A DNA stretch of 33,549 nucleotides from an uncultured Gammaproteobacteria bacterium (GTDB taxonomy: Bacteria; Patescibacteriota; Patescibacteriia; UBA9934; GWF2-40-263), in contig CAYRYG010000003.1 in NCBI GenBank assembly GCA_964428465.1, forward strand, positions 1 through 33,549, read 5' to 3'. Below the pieces are notes generated by a model. That model was not told the origin of the DNA, made no database searches, and saw only the letters and a program-made list of their open reading frames with translations. The translations under genes and the position numbers were made by a program. Shown here piece by piece: positions 1 to 8,706 of this stretch; within the stretch, counting starts at the first letter, position 1; every line of letters starts with the position of its first letter.

Positions 1-135
1 GCGCTCGGGCACAGCGTGAACACGCTCACGCGCGTCCGCGTGATGAACATCGAGCTCGGCGACCTGCCGGTGGGCGAGGTCCGTCCGTTGTCACCGCCGG
101 AAACCAGGACGCTTTTGGAATCTATCGCCCCGTAG
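1..135 (+). CDS. C-terminal fragment of an rRNA pseudouridine synthase (RsuA/RluB/RluF family), 5'-truncated by the window
   Basis: Frame 1 reads ALGHSVNTLTRVRVMNIELGDLPVGEVRPLSPPETRTLLESIAP*, which matches the RluF/RluB C-terminal pattern (LxRxRIMNxxLxxLPxGExRxL); TAG at 133-135. Confidence 0.75.
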   Translation, partial: ALGHSVNTLTRVRVMNIELGDLPVGEVRPLSPPETRTLLESIAP

Positions 136-136
136 T

Positions 137-1060
137 ATGGAAATCCCGAAAATCGAAGGAAAGGCGTGCACCTGGTGGCACGCGTCGCCGTGCGACGCGG
201 ACGCGCAGGCGACGATGCGGACGCAGTTCAAGTTCCACACGCTCGACTACGAGGACATCGCGGAGGCGACGGAGTTTCCGAAGCTCGACGAGTACAAGTA
301 CTACGCGATGGTGGTGTTCATCGTGCCGCAGTACGACCGGGCGGCGCGCGCGGTGCGCAACCGGCACTTCGCGATGTTCATCGAGAAGAGCTACGTGGTG
401 ACGGCCGCGGCCGAGCCCGTGGAGGCGCTCGACCGGTATTTCGCGCAGATGACGCAGTCGTCGCGCATGCGCCGCGAGACCAGCAAGTCCGCGCAGTCGG
501 TTTCCCTGCTCACCTACAACATCCTGGACGCGGTGTTCGAGGAATACGGCCGCATCATCGCGGAGCTTGTGCGCGAGACGCGCGTGCTCGAGGAGCAGGT
601 GGAGGCGCAGAATGCGCGCGAGACCACCATCCGCCTCGGGTCGCTCCGCCGCAACGTGCTCCACCTCATGCACTCCCTCGAGCCCCAGCGCCGCGTGGTG
701 CGCAAGCTCGGCGACCTGGAGCGCGACTTCCTCCCCGAGGAGGACCGCGTGTACTTCGAGGACCTGGAAGACAAGCTCGACGGCTACCGCGTGAACGTCG
801 CGAACCTGCGCGCCACCGTGGACACGCTGTTCGAGGTGAACGAGACCGTGCTCGCGCACCGCACCAACGACCGTCTCGGCGCGCTCACCGTCATCTCCGT
901 CTCCCTCATGCCGCCGACGCTCCTCGCGAGCTTCTACGGGATGAACGTGGAGGGCCTTCCCTTCGCGGACCATCTCTGGGTCCCCATCGCGGTCATCGTG
1001 GCGTCGCTCATCGTCTCGCTCGCCGGAATCCTGCTGATCGGGCGCAGGACGAGGCACTAG
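137..1060 (+). CDS. corA: CorA-family Mg2+ transporter
   Basis: Long soluble domain followed by two TM helices with the PPTLLASFYGMN signature (GMN motif). Confidence 0.92.
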   Translation: MEIPKIEGKACTWWHASPCDADAQATMRTQFKFHTLDYEDIAEATEFPKLDEYKYYAMVVFIVPQYDRAARAVRNRHFAMFIEKSYVVTAAAEPVEALDRYFAQMTQSSRMRRETSKSAQSVSLLTYNILDAVFEEYGRIIAELVRETRVLEEQVEAQNARETTIRLGSLRRNVLHLMHSLEPQRRVVRKLGDLERDFLPEEDRVYFEDLEDKLDGYRVNVANLRATVDTLFEVNETVLAHRTNDRLGALTVISVSLMPPTLLASFYGMNVEGLPFADHLWVPIAVIVASLIVSLAGILLIGRRTRH

Positions 1061-1992
1061 GCGCGGGCTTCCAAGTATTCCTTCAGCTTCGGGACGATCT
1101 GCTTGCGCATGAAGATGCGGTCGATGGTCGAGACGTCGTCCTCGAACGCGCGGCCGAACACCGTCGTCAGCAAGGCGGCGGTTTTTTCGTCGAGCGCGAG
1201 CCAGGTGTCCGTCGCGTTCAGGATGTCGATGGCGTTCAAAAACGTCGCGTCGAACCGCTCCTCTACGGCGTACCGCGCCATGACGTCGAGGATCTCCCGC
1301 TTCCGGTCGCGCACCACGTCCGCCACGCCCGCGGCCTCCAGCTGGAACACGCCGAAGCGCGTCCCGCCGAACTCCTTCACGATCCAGTCGCCCTCGAGCG
1401 CCTGGCGCAGCGTGTCGCCGGACAGGTCGGACTTGGCCAGGAACATCTCGCGGGCAAAGTCGGCCGGCAGGTCCGCGAACGGCGCGAGCCACGCGAACGT
1501 CTCGCGGTCGCGGTCCGTGGTCCCCGGCGACTTGAAGTTGACCGTGTTGCTCACGATGGCGCCGGTGAGCAGCCGCGCGGCGTCCGCGGACGGCACCGCC
1601 CCGCCCTGCCTCATCCGCTCGGCCACGAGCGTGGCGCAGGAGCCGACGAGCTCGATTTGCACGCGCGACACGTTCGGGAAGTCGGCCGCGCGGTGCACGG
1701 AGCGGTGGTCGATGATCTCGACCACCGACGCGATGGGAAACGACGCGTCGAGGTCGCCCGGGTCGCTCGCGTCCACGAGAATGACGTCGGCCCCCGCGAG
1801 CCGGTCGCGCCCTTCCGGCGGCACCGGAATCCCGAACCGCCCGCACACCCACGCGGCCTCCTGCGACGGCGTCCCCACGACCACGGCCTCCGCGTCCTCC
1901 CCGCGCGCCCGCAGCAGCTCCGCCATTCCCACGGAACACGCCACGCCGTCGAGGTCCGGATTGATATACGAGCACGTGATGGTCTGTTTCAT
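1057..1992 (-). CDS. Family II Mn-dependent inorganic pyrophosphatase-like DHH/DHHA2 protein
   Basis: NPDLDG, ILVD, IIDHR, ELVGSCAT, GAIVSNT and RKQIVP align with PpaC motifs; start chosen at MKQTITCS. Confidence 0.8.
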   Translation of the reverse strand: MKQTITCSYINPDLDGVACSVGMAELLRARGEDAEAVVVGTPSQEAAWVCGRFGIPVPPEGRDRLAGADVILVDASDPGDLDASFPIASVVEIIDHRSVHRAADFPNVSRVQIELVGSCATLVAERMRQGGAVPSADAARLLTGAIVSNTVNFKSPGTTDRDRETFAWLAPFADLPADFAREMFLAKSDLSGDTLRQALEGDWIVKEFGGTRFGVFQLEAAGVADVVRDRKREILDVMARYAVEERFDATFLNAIDILNATDTWLALDEKTAALLTTVFGRAFEDDVSTIDRIFMRKQIVPKLKEYLEARA

Positions 1993-2047
1993 ACCCGCGT
2001 ATGGTGCCACATCGCGGACGTTGCATCAAAAAAGCTCCCGGTGGGAG

Positions 2048-3118
2048 CTAGTGGGCCGAGTCGCGGATGGACTCGTCCCAGTGGTGGTTGTGGATGGCCC
2101 AGGCCAGCTTCTTGTCCCAGCCCTCGACCACGCGCAGCCGGCCGTCGGCCATCAGCGAGGCGAGCTCGGGACGCGACGCGACCGGGATGGTCTCGGCGCA
2201 GTAGATGCGGTCCACCGGGCAGTCGGGGGCGAGGAACCGCTCGGCGGCCCCGCCGCGAAACACCCCGTGCGTCACCGCGGCGTGGTACGCGGCGGCCCCA
2301 TATTGGACTCGCATCGCCTTCCCGTTGGCGAGGTTGGTCTTGGCCGTGGCGATCTCGTCGTCGAAGCCGATGACCGTGGCCCCGCGAACCGCGTCCACGT
2401 CGCCGTAGACGTTGAGCAGTTCCACGTCTTCCGACTTCCGGCGCTTGGATCCCTGCACGACCGGGACGCGCCCGATGCCGAGCTCGGCCTCCACGCGCGC
2501 GAGCGCCGGGCCGGCCCGCTTCACTGACCCGTCGTCGGTGAACGCCACCACGGGACGCCCGCCCTCCGCGATCACGTCCGCGATGGCCGCCCGCAGCACC
2601 TGCTTGGCCATGGTGACCTCGGTGATGAGGCCGATGCGTCCGGTGGAAACCGACTGCGGGGCGTGCAGGTCGGCGGCGATGATGCGATCGAGCCGGCCGT
2701 CCGCCGCGTCCATGAACTTCTTGGTGACGAAGCCCACGAGAGCGAACTCGAACTCCCCCTCGTCCTTGTCGGACCGCGACAGCGGGAAGTAGCCGGTCAC
2801 GAGCGCGATGCGCCGCGCGCGCCGCCCCACGAGGTACTGGAGCACGAACTCGGTCTGTCCGAGCATCTCGTAGGTTCCCGGCCCGCTGGTCAGCACAACC
2901 ACGTCGTGGCCGCCCACGTGCCGCTTGCCGAGCCGCAGGAACGGCTCGCCGCTCGACCGCAGGCCGAACTCCGGCTCGGCGATGTCGACCGGCGTGTGGG
3001 TGCCGCCCTCCTCGGAGCCGACGGCCGCGATCCTGGCCGCGATCGCGTCCGCGAGCGTGCGGAACCCCGGCATGGGGAGCAGTGTGAGGCCGCCGTGGCG
3101 GTTGAATGGTGCGTTCAT
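2048..3118 (-). CDS. Ribose-phosphate pyrophosphokinase (Prs)-like protein, divergent
   Basis: SSGEP, GYFPLSRSDK, ADLHAPQ, KRR, DDEIATAKT and THGVF follow the Prs motif order; GGAGG 7 nt upstream of ATG 3118. Confidence 0.8.
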   Translation of the reverse strand: MNAPFNRHGGLTLLPMPGFRTLADAIAARIAAVGSEEGGTHTPVDIAEPEFGLRSSGEPFLRLGKRHVGGHDVVVLTSGPGTYEMLGQTEFVLQYLVGRRARRIALVTGYFPLSRSDKDEGEFEFALVGFVTKKFMDAADGRLDRIIAADLHAPQSVSTGRIGLITEVTMAKQVLRAAIADVIAEGGRPVVAFTDDGSVKRAGPALARVEAELGIGRVPVVQGSKRRKSEDVELLNVYGDVDAVRGATVIGFDDEIATAKTNLANGKAMRVQYGAAAYHAAVTHGVFRGGAAERFLAPDCPVDRIYCAETIPVASRPELASLMADGRLRVVEGWDKKLAWAIHNHHWDESIRDSAH

Positions 3119-3185
3119 GCGATGCCTCCGCCCGGACTTCACCATATTTTTTACCTCTTGTCAATGGATTTGCTATACTCGATGC

Positions 3186-3647
3186 ATGGACGCGGAGCTC
3201 ACCATGTTCGACCGCCTCAAGGCCTTCTGCTGGGCCAAATTCGCCCCGTTGTTTCCGTATGTCCGCGACGGCCTCCTGTGGCTCGGGATCATTCGCCACA
3301 ACATCCGCCAAAACTTCCTCATCGGCTACCTCGCCCCGGGCCGTACGGTCCAGGGGCTCATCGAGCACCTGAAACAGCACGGCTTCGACCACCACCATGT
3401 CGCCTGGATCGACCGCGACGAGGTCGTGGGCCTGCGCAAGCTCGTCAACTTCCACTGGCAATACCACCTGCGCGTGTTCGTGGACCGGGAAATCCGCGTC
3501 CACTTCGAGTACACGCCGGAAAGCCGTCCCATCGACCATATGCTCGAGGCGCACTTCGAGCATCGCCGCGAGGACTTTCTGCGATTTTTGGACGACTGGA
3601 TCGTCGAAACTGAGATGTCCGCCAGAGGCGGATCAGCCTTCGGCTAA
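3186..3647 (+). CDS. Hypothetical protein
   Basis: Plausible globular ORF (WQYHLRVFVDREIRVHFEYTPE); TGcTATACT lies 6 nt before ATG 3186. Confidence 0.75.
   Translation: MDAELTMFDRLKAFCWAKFAPLFPYVRDGLLWLGIIRHNIRQNFLIGYLAPGRTVQGLIEHLKQHGFDHHHVAWIDRDEVVGLRKLVNFHWQYHLRVFVDREIRVHFEYTPESRPIDHMLEAHFEHRREDFLRFLDDWIVETEMSARGGSAFG
3618..3645. repeat. Double mini-hairpin repeat (TCCGCC-AGA-GGCGGA, AGCC-TTC-GGCT) encoding the SARGGSAFG tail of the upstream CDS
   Basis: Both inverted repeats are visible; the peptide resembles a REP-like repeat I recall from CPR genomes. Confidence 0.6.
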
Positions 3648-3668
3648 AAAAAGAGCCGCAGGGGCTCT
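3646..3668 (-). terminator. Intrinsic terminator of gene 3667-4215
   Basis: Minus strand AGAGCC-loop-GGCTCT followed by a T-run, overlapping the stop codon. Confidence 0.7.
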
Positions 3669-4215
3669 AGAGCGGGCGCGGGACGACGAACACGTCCGTC
3701 CCGGGCTGAAGCTGGATCGTGACCTCGCTGCTCTGGAACAGGAAGGTGGCCGTCGCCGTCGCGAACTTGAACCGGGCGTGCGCGGGACCGCCGAACTCCT
3801 CCCTGACCCTCACGGTCCCGCGGACGACCGTGCCGCCGTGCAGGAGGTCGATCACGTCCCCGGTGGCGAGGATCGTCTCGCCCGCCAGGAACTGGACCGT
3901 CTCGGCGCGGTAGGCCAGCGGGACCGCCAGGCGGAACGACTCGGCGTCCCCCTCGTCGGTCACGAGCGCGCACTCGAAGCCGTTCGCGAGCGGGACCACC
4001 ACGCGGCCGATGCCGCGGTAGGTGATCTCCACGTGGTAGCGGATGTCGACCTTCGGCTGCCCGGGCCGTAGCCCGCCGAAATCCCTCGTACGCAGCACGT
4101 GCCGCTCCTCGGTCCCGTCGGGGAACCGGATCCACGCCGGCATCCCGCCCACGAGCGGGATATCGCCGTGGCAGTGGTGGCCACGCCCGTCGAACGTCGT
4201 CGTTCTGAAATCCAT
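3667..4215 (-). CDS. Hypothetical beta-rich protein
   Basis: ORF with its own promoter, a purine-rich SD-like site (GAGGAGAAGG) and a terminator. Confidence 0.7.
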   Translation of the reverse strand: MDFRTTTFDGRGHHCHGDIPLVGGMPAWIRFPDGTEERHVLRTRDFGGLRPGQPKVDIRYHVEITYRGIGRVVVPLANGFECALVTDEGDAESFRLAVPLAYRAETVQFLAGETILATGDVIDLLHGGTVVRGTVRVREEFGGPAHARFKFATATATFLFQSSEVTIQLQPGTDVFVVPRPL

Positions 4216-4238
4216 CGCCTTCTCCTCGAGAAGAGGAG

Positions 4239-4267
4239 ACGCTACAGCGATCATCCTGCCTTGTCAA
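4239..4267 (-). promoter_or_regulatory. Sigma70-type promoter TTGACA-17-TAGCGT
   Basis: -35 at 4267-4262 overlaps the upstream gene's stop; 17-bp spacer; -10 at 4244-4239. Confidence 0.65.
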
Positions 4268-5517
4268 GGGGAAGATGGAGCGGAATCGGCCGCATGTTCG
4301 CCCGCCAGCCGGCCGGTCGCCCAGGAGGCCTGGAGGTTGAATCCGCCCGTAAAGCCGTCCATGTCGAGGATTTCGCCCGCGAAAAACAGGCCCGGGCACA
4401 CCTTTGATTCCATGGTTCCCGGGTCGACCTCCGTCAGCTCCACGCCGCCGGTCGTGACGAACTCGTCCCCGGCCCCGCGCTGGACCACGTGGAGCGGGAT
4501 TCCCTTCAGCCACTCGGCCGCGCGCGCCATGTCCTTCTTGGCCACCTGGTTCGCGCGCTTGGTCTCCGAGATCCCAAGCTCGCGGACCATGGTCTCGGAA
4601 AGCGACTTCGGCACCACCTCCGCGAGCACGTTCGCGAACTGCTTGTGCGCGAACGAGCCGGCGTACGACTCGATGCGCGCGCGGAGCGTCGCGAGCGGGA
4701 CGTCGGGAAACAGGTCGATGCGGATCTCAAGCGGGTTCTTCGCGTCGTACGTCTCAAACGCCACGATCGAGGACAGCGCGAACACGGCCGGGCCGCTCAC
4801 ACCCTTGTGCGTGAAGAGGAAGGGGCCGGTAAACGTAAACCGTTTGTCGCGCGGCGAGGAGATGGTCGCGTTCTGGAACGACAGGCCCGAGAGCTCCTTG
4901 GGCCAGGTCTCGCTCGCGAAGAAGGCGTTGAGGGACGGGGCGAGCGGGGTGATGGCGTGGCCGAGCGCGGCGGCGAACGCGTAGCCGTCGCCCGTGGACC
5001 CGGTTTGCCGGTACGCCTGCCCGCCCGTGGTGAGCACGAGCGCGTCGACATCGAGGGGTTCGTCCTTCCCCTTGAAGATCAACCGGAACCCGTCCGGGGT
5101 CTTTTCGACCCGAACACAAGATGTGTTCAGCATCACATGCGCCCGCGAATTTTCAAACATCGTCTCGAACACCCGCACGATGTCGCGCCCGTTGTCGGAC
5201 CGCGGGAACACGCGCTGGTCGGCCTGGGTTTTCAGCGGGACGCCGTGCTCCTCGAACCAGGCGTACACCGCGTCCGGCGGGAAATGATACATGGCGCGGG
5301 TGAGGAACTTTCCGCCGCGCGGATACTTGGTCAGGAGCGCCCGGACGTCGTGGATCCCGGTCGTGACGTTGCAGCGCCCGCCGCCCGAGATAATCACCTT
5401 CTTGCCCAGCCCGTCGTTCCGCTCGATCAGAAACACCTCGGCGTCCGGATGGACGTCGAGCAGCGTGGCGGCACACATGAGTCCGGCGGCTCCCCCGCCC
5501 ACGATGGCAACGCGCAT
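4264..5517 (-). CDS. HI0933/YhiN (BaiN-like) family FAD-dependent oxidoreductase
   Basis: GGGAAG, GKKVIISGGGRCNVT, TGSTGDGY, FTHKGVSGP, VTTGGV and GFTGGFNLQ motifs. Confidence 0.93.
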   Translation of the reverse strand: MRVAIVGGGAAGLMCAATLLDVHPDAEVFLIERNDGLGKKVIISGGGRCNVTTGIHDVRALLTKYPRGGKFLTRAMYHFPPDAVYAWFEEHGVPLKTQADQRVFPRSDNGRDIVRVFETMFENSRAHVMLNTSCVRVEKTPDGFRLIFKGKDEPLDVDALVLTTGGQAYRQTGSTGDGYAFAAALGHAITPLAPSLNAFFASETWPKELSGLSFQNATISSPRDKRFTFTGPFLFTHKGVSGPAVFALSSIVAFETYDAKNPLEIRIDLFPDVPLATLRARIESYAGSFAHKQFANVLAEVVPKSLSETMVRELGISETKRANQVAKKDMARAAEWLKGIPLHVVQRGAGDEFVTTGGVELTEVDPGTMESKVCPGLFFAGEILDMDGFTGGFNLQASWATGRLAGEHAADSAPSSP

Positions 5518-5518
5518 A

Positions 5519-6382
5519 CTAGAGGCCGAGCAGTTCCTCGGCGGTCCCGTGCGCCACGGCCTCGCGCGCGCCTTCGTCCAGCCCGTCGAGCAGCGTCCGC
5601 AGCCCGTCGACCATCTGCGCGTACGCCTCGCCCCAGTCGCGGCCGGGCGGGCCGTTTACCTGCACGTCCGTCCCGAGCACGACGCGGCTCGCGTCGACCC
5701 CGGCCGGGAGCGTTCCGCGCTCCATCTCGCAGTACAAATTCTCGTACGTCTTCATCAGCTCGACGGCCTGCGACCCGCAGCTGTGCGCGAACACGAAGTT
5801 CGTTTCCGGGCTCGCCTCGAGCGCGCGTTCCAGCTCCCCGAACCCCGCGTCCCGGTCCGTCCCGTATTCGAAGTCGTAGTGGAAGATCACCGGCACGTCC
5901 GCGGCCGCGGCCAGATCGTAAATTGCAAGCATGACCGGATGGTCCGCCGGGGTCACGGTCTGCTTCACGCGGTTGCGCAGGTCGAGCTCCCCGATCGCCT
6001 TCCAGCGCCCGGTCGCCAGCTGCTCGCGGACGTAGTCGACCGACGCCTCGTCGGACGGGTCAAAGCCGTTCAGGGCCGGGATGATGAGGTCGGGATACCG
6101 CTCGGCCATGTCGAGCACCCACGCGTCGTGTTCCTCGGAGTAGGTGGGCGGGCGCTGCGGGACCTGGCGGGCGTTCAGCCCGAGCACGATCCCGCGGACG
6201 CCGGCCGCGCGCGCGGCCTCGACGACCTGTGCGACGAACGCGTCGTTCGCCTCCTCGGACGACGGCTGGATATGCGCGTGGATATCAATGATCGCAGTCA
6301 CGGGTGCCGCTTCCGGCGCCGGCGAACAACCGGCCCCGAGCAGGGTGACCAGGCAGATGATCGGCAACAGCGATTGGCGCAT
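5519..6382 (-). CDS. Amidohydrolase-superfamily (TIM-barrel) lipoprotein
   Basis: Signal peptide with LLGAGC lipobox; metal motifs DIHAH, IGEL, FHYD, FAH and GTD. Confidence 0.8.
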   Translation of the reverse strand: MRQSLLPIICLVTLLGAGCSPAPEAAPVTAIIDIHAHIQPSSEEANDAFVAQVVEAARAAGVRGIVLGLNARQVPQRPPTYSEEHDAWVLDMAERYPDLIIPALNGFDPSDEASVDYVREQLATGRWKAIGELDLRNRVKQTVTPADHPVMLAIYDLAAAADVPVIFHYDFEYGTDRDAGFGELERALEASPETNFVFAHSCGSQAVELMKTYENLYCEMERGTLPAGVDASRVVLGTDVQVNGPPGRDWGEAYAQMVDGLRTLLDGLDEGAREAVAHGTAEELLGL

Positions 6383-6384
6383 AG

Positions 6385-6894
6385 CTATCTCACCTCGTTA
6401 ATGACATACGCGACCTCGTTCCCGCCCACAGGCACCACGGCCGTCTCCCCCGCCGTCTTCCCCATGAGCGCCGCGCCGATCGGGGACAGGTAGGAGATGC
6501 GCCCGCGCAGCGGGTTGGTTTCCTGCGAGCCGACGATCTCGAACGTCATCTGGCGGCCCCCCGAGGCAACGACGACCGTCGAGCCTATGCGCGCGCGCCC
6601 GTCGTCCCCGGTTCCCGTCTCGATCGGGATCGCGTTCGCCACGCGGAGCTTCAGCGAGTCGATGCGGTTGTTGATGCGCCGCAGCTGCGCCTTCGCGTAC
6701 GAGTACGCGGCGTTCTCGGACAGGTCGCCCATGGCCGCCGTGCGCCGCAGCTCCTCGGCCGCGGGCGGACGTTCTTCCTTCTCCAAGCGCACGATCTCGT
6801 CTCGCATCCGCTGGATCGCGGCGGGCGTCAAAAACGCGTCGTTCGACTTCTTCGTCTGGGCAAGTTGTTCGCCTCGCCGCGTGGGAACGCGCAT
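6385..6894 (-). CDS. greA: GreA/GreB family transcription elongation factor
   Basis: GDLSENAAY and ISYLSPIGAALMG motifs; start chosen at MRVPTRR. Confidence 0.85.
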   Translation of the reverse strand: MRVPTRRGEQLAQTKKSNDAFLTPAAIQRMRDEIVRLEKEERPPAAEELRRTAAMGDLSENAAYSYAKAQLRRINNRIDSLKLRVANAIPIETGTGDDGRARIGSTVVVASGGRQMTFEIVGSQETNPLRGRISYLSPIGAALMGKTAGETAVVPVGGNEVAYVINEVR

Positions 6895-6905
6895 ACCGGG
6901 GTATC

Positions 6906-8675
6906 TTACAACGAGATGATCTTTTCTTCGACCGCGAGCCACTCCTTCTCGATGGCCGCGAGCTCGTCGTTGAGCTCCGCGAGCCGCGTGGCCTTGTCCG
7001 GGGCGTAGTCCGTTGGGTTCTCGAAGAAGAACGCGAGCAGCCCGCTCTTCTCCTTGTCGATGGTCCCCATCCGCTCCTCGAGCCGCTCCTGCGCGCGTCG
7101 CAGCTGGCGGGACTGGAGAGCGCGTTCCTTGCGCTCGCGCGACGCCTCGGACGGCGCGTCCTCGCTGGCCGCATGGGTCGTCTCGTCCGCGATCGCGGTC
7201 AGGTCGGACACGTATTCCTCGTACGTCCCCGTGTAATGGCGCAGCGAGCCGTCGCGCACCTCGTAGAGATGGTCCACGAGCGCGTTCATGAAGGTTCTGG
7301 CATGTGACACCACCACGACGGTGCCGGCATACTGCTTGAGAGCCCCGGCGAGCACCTCCACGGTTTCCACGTCGAGGTGGTTGGTCGGCTCGTCGAGGAT
7401 GAGCACATTATGTGCTCGCAGGATGAGCCTGGCCAGGCGGACGCGCGCCCGCTCCCCTCCGGAGAGCACGCGGCACGGCTTCTCAAGGTCGTCGTTCTTG
7501 AAGAGGAACGCCCCGGCCGCCGCGAGCACCTGTTCCGCGGACGCGTCCGACGGCGCGGCGGCGGTGAGTGCCTGGAGCACGGTGAGGTCCGGCGACAGAG
7601 TTTCCTCGGACATCTGGGAGAAGTACCCGATGTCCGCGTGCGGCCACCACTTGTACTTCCCGTCCACGGGCGGCAGCACGCCGGCGAGCGTCTTGAGGAG
7701 CGTGGACTTGCCGCGCCCGTTCTCGCCGACGATCCCGACCTTCCATCCGCGCATGACGTCGAACGAGATGTCCCGCGCCACCGCGACTCCGTCGTATCCG
7801 ACCGCGAGGCCGTCGCACACCACGGCCGGGCCCGCGGTGATGCGCGGACACGGGATGCGAAACGCGGCGGTCGGCAAATCGGACCCGCTCTGGCGGATCT
7901 GCGACCGGAGCTTCGCGATGTGCTTGAGCTTGCTCTGCGCGCGCGTGGCCTGGCTCGCCTTCGCGCGGAACCGGTCCACGAACGCCTGCGCGTCGGCCAT
8001 CTCGCGGCGCAACCGCTTGTTCGTGCGGCGCAAAAACTCGGCTTGTTCGTCCTTCCAGTCCAAGTAGGTTTCCAGGTCGCCGGGGAATTCCGCGAGCTTG
8101 CCCCGCTCAATCTCCCACGTGGACGTGCAGATGTTCTGCATAGCCTCGCGGTCATGGGACGTCATCACGAACGCGCCAGGATATTCCTTCAAAAACGCCT
8201 CCAGAAGCAGCAGCGTGGGCAGGTCGAGGTAGTTCATCGGCTCGTCGAGCAGCAGCAGCGTGGGCCGCTCGAGCAGCATGCGCACGATCTTCACGCGCAT
8301 CTGGTACCCGCCGGACAGCGCCGCGGGCGGCTTCGCGAGATCCTCGGGCCTGAGCCCGAACCGCGCCGCGAGCTTCGCGCATTCCCATCCCGGCCGCCCG
8401 CTCCCCTCGGACAGATACCCGACCGCGGTCCCCGCGTCCGGCAGCACCTCGTGCTGGCGCAGGATCCCGAGCTTCGCCCGCGGCATCACGTGCACCTCGC
8501 CGCCGTCCGCCTCCTCGTCGCCGGCAATCACGCGCATGAGCGTCGTCTTCCCGGTCCCGTTGCGCCCGATGAGCCCGATGTGCGCGCCCTCGGAAATCAC
8601 AAACGAGATCCCGTCGAGGACCACCTGCCTTCCGTACGCCTTCGTCAGTTGTTTTACCTCGAGAAGCGGATGCAC
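6906..8675 (-). CDS. ABC-F family ATPase (ribosome-associated)
   Basis: Two NBDs (GRNGTGKT/LSGG/LDEP and GENGRGKST/LSGGE/LDEPTNHLD), an inter-domain linker, a coiled-coil C-terminus and no TM segments; GTG start inferred at VHPLLEVK. Confidence 0.92.
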   Translation of the reverse strand: MHPLLEVKQLTKAYGRQVVLDGISFVISEGAHIGLIGRNGTGKTTLMRVIAGDEEADGGEVHVMPRAKLGILRQHEVLPDAGTAVGYLSEGSGRPGWECAKLAARFGLRPEDLAKPPAALSGGYQMRVKIVRMLLERPTLLLLDEPMNYLDLPTLLLLEAFLKEYPGAFVMTSHDREAMQNICTSTWEIERGKLAEFPGDLETYLDWKDEQAEFLRRTNKRLRREMADAQAFVDRFRAKASQATRAQSKLKHIAKLRSQIRQSGSDLPTAAFRIPCPRITAGPAVVCDGLAVGYDGVAVARDISFDVMRGWKVGIVGENGRGKSTLLKTLAGVLPPVDGKYKWWPHADIGYFSQMSEETLSPDLTVLQALTAAAPSDASAEQVLAAAGAFLFKNDDLEKPCRVLSGGERARVRLARLILRAHNVLILDEPTNHLDVETVEVLAGALKQYAGTVVVVSHARTFMNALVDHLYEVRDGSLRHYTGTYEEYVSDLTAIADETTHAASEDAPSEASRERKERALQSRQLRRAQERLEERMGTIDKEKSGLLAFFFENPTDYAPDKATRLAELNDELAAIEKEWLAVEEKIISL

Positions 8676-8706
8676 ACTGGCTGAATGATGTGCTATAGTT
8701 ATGCTA

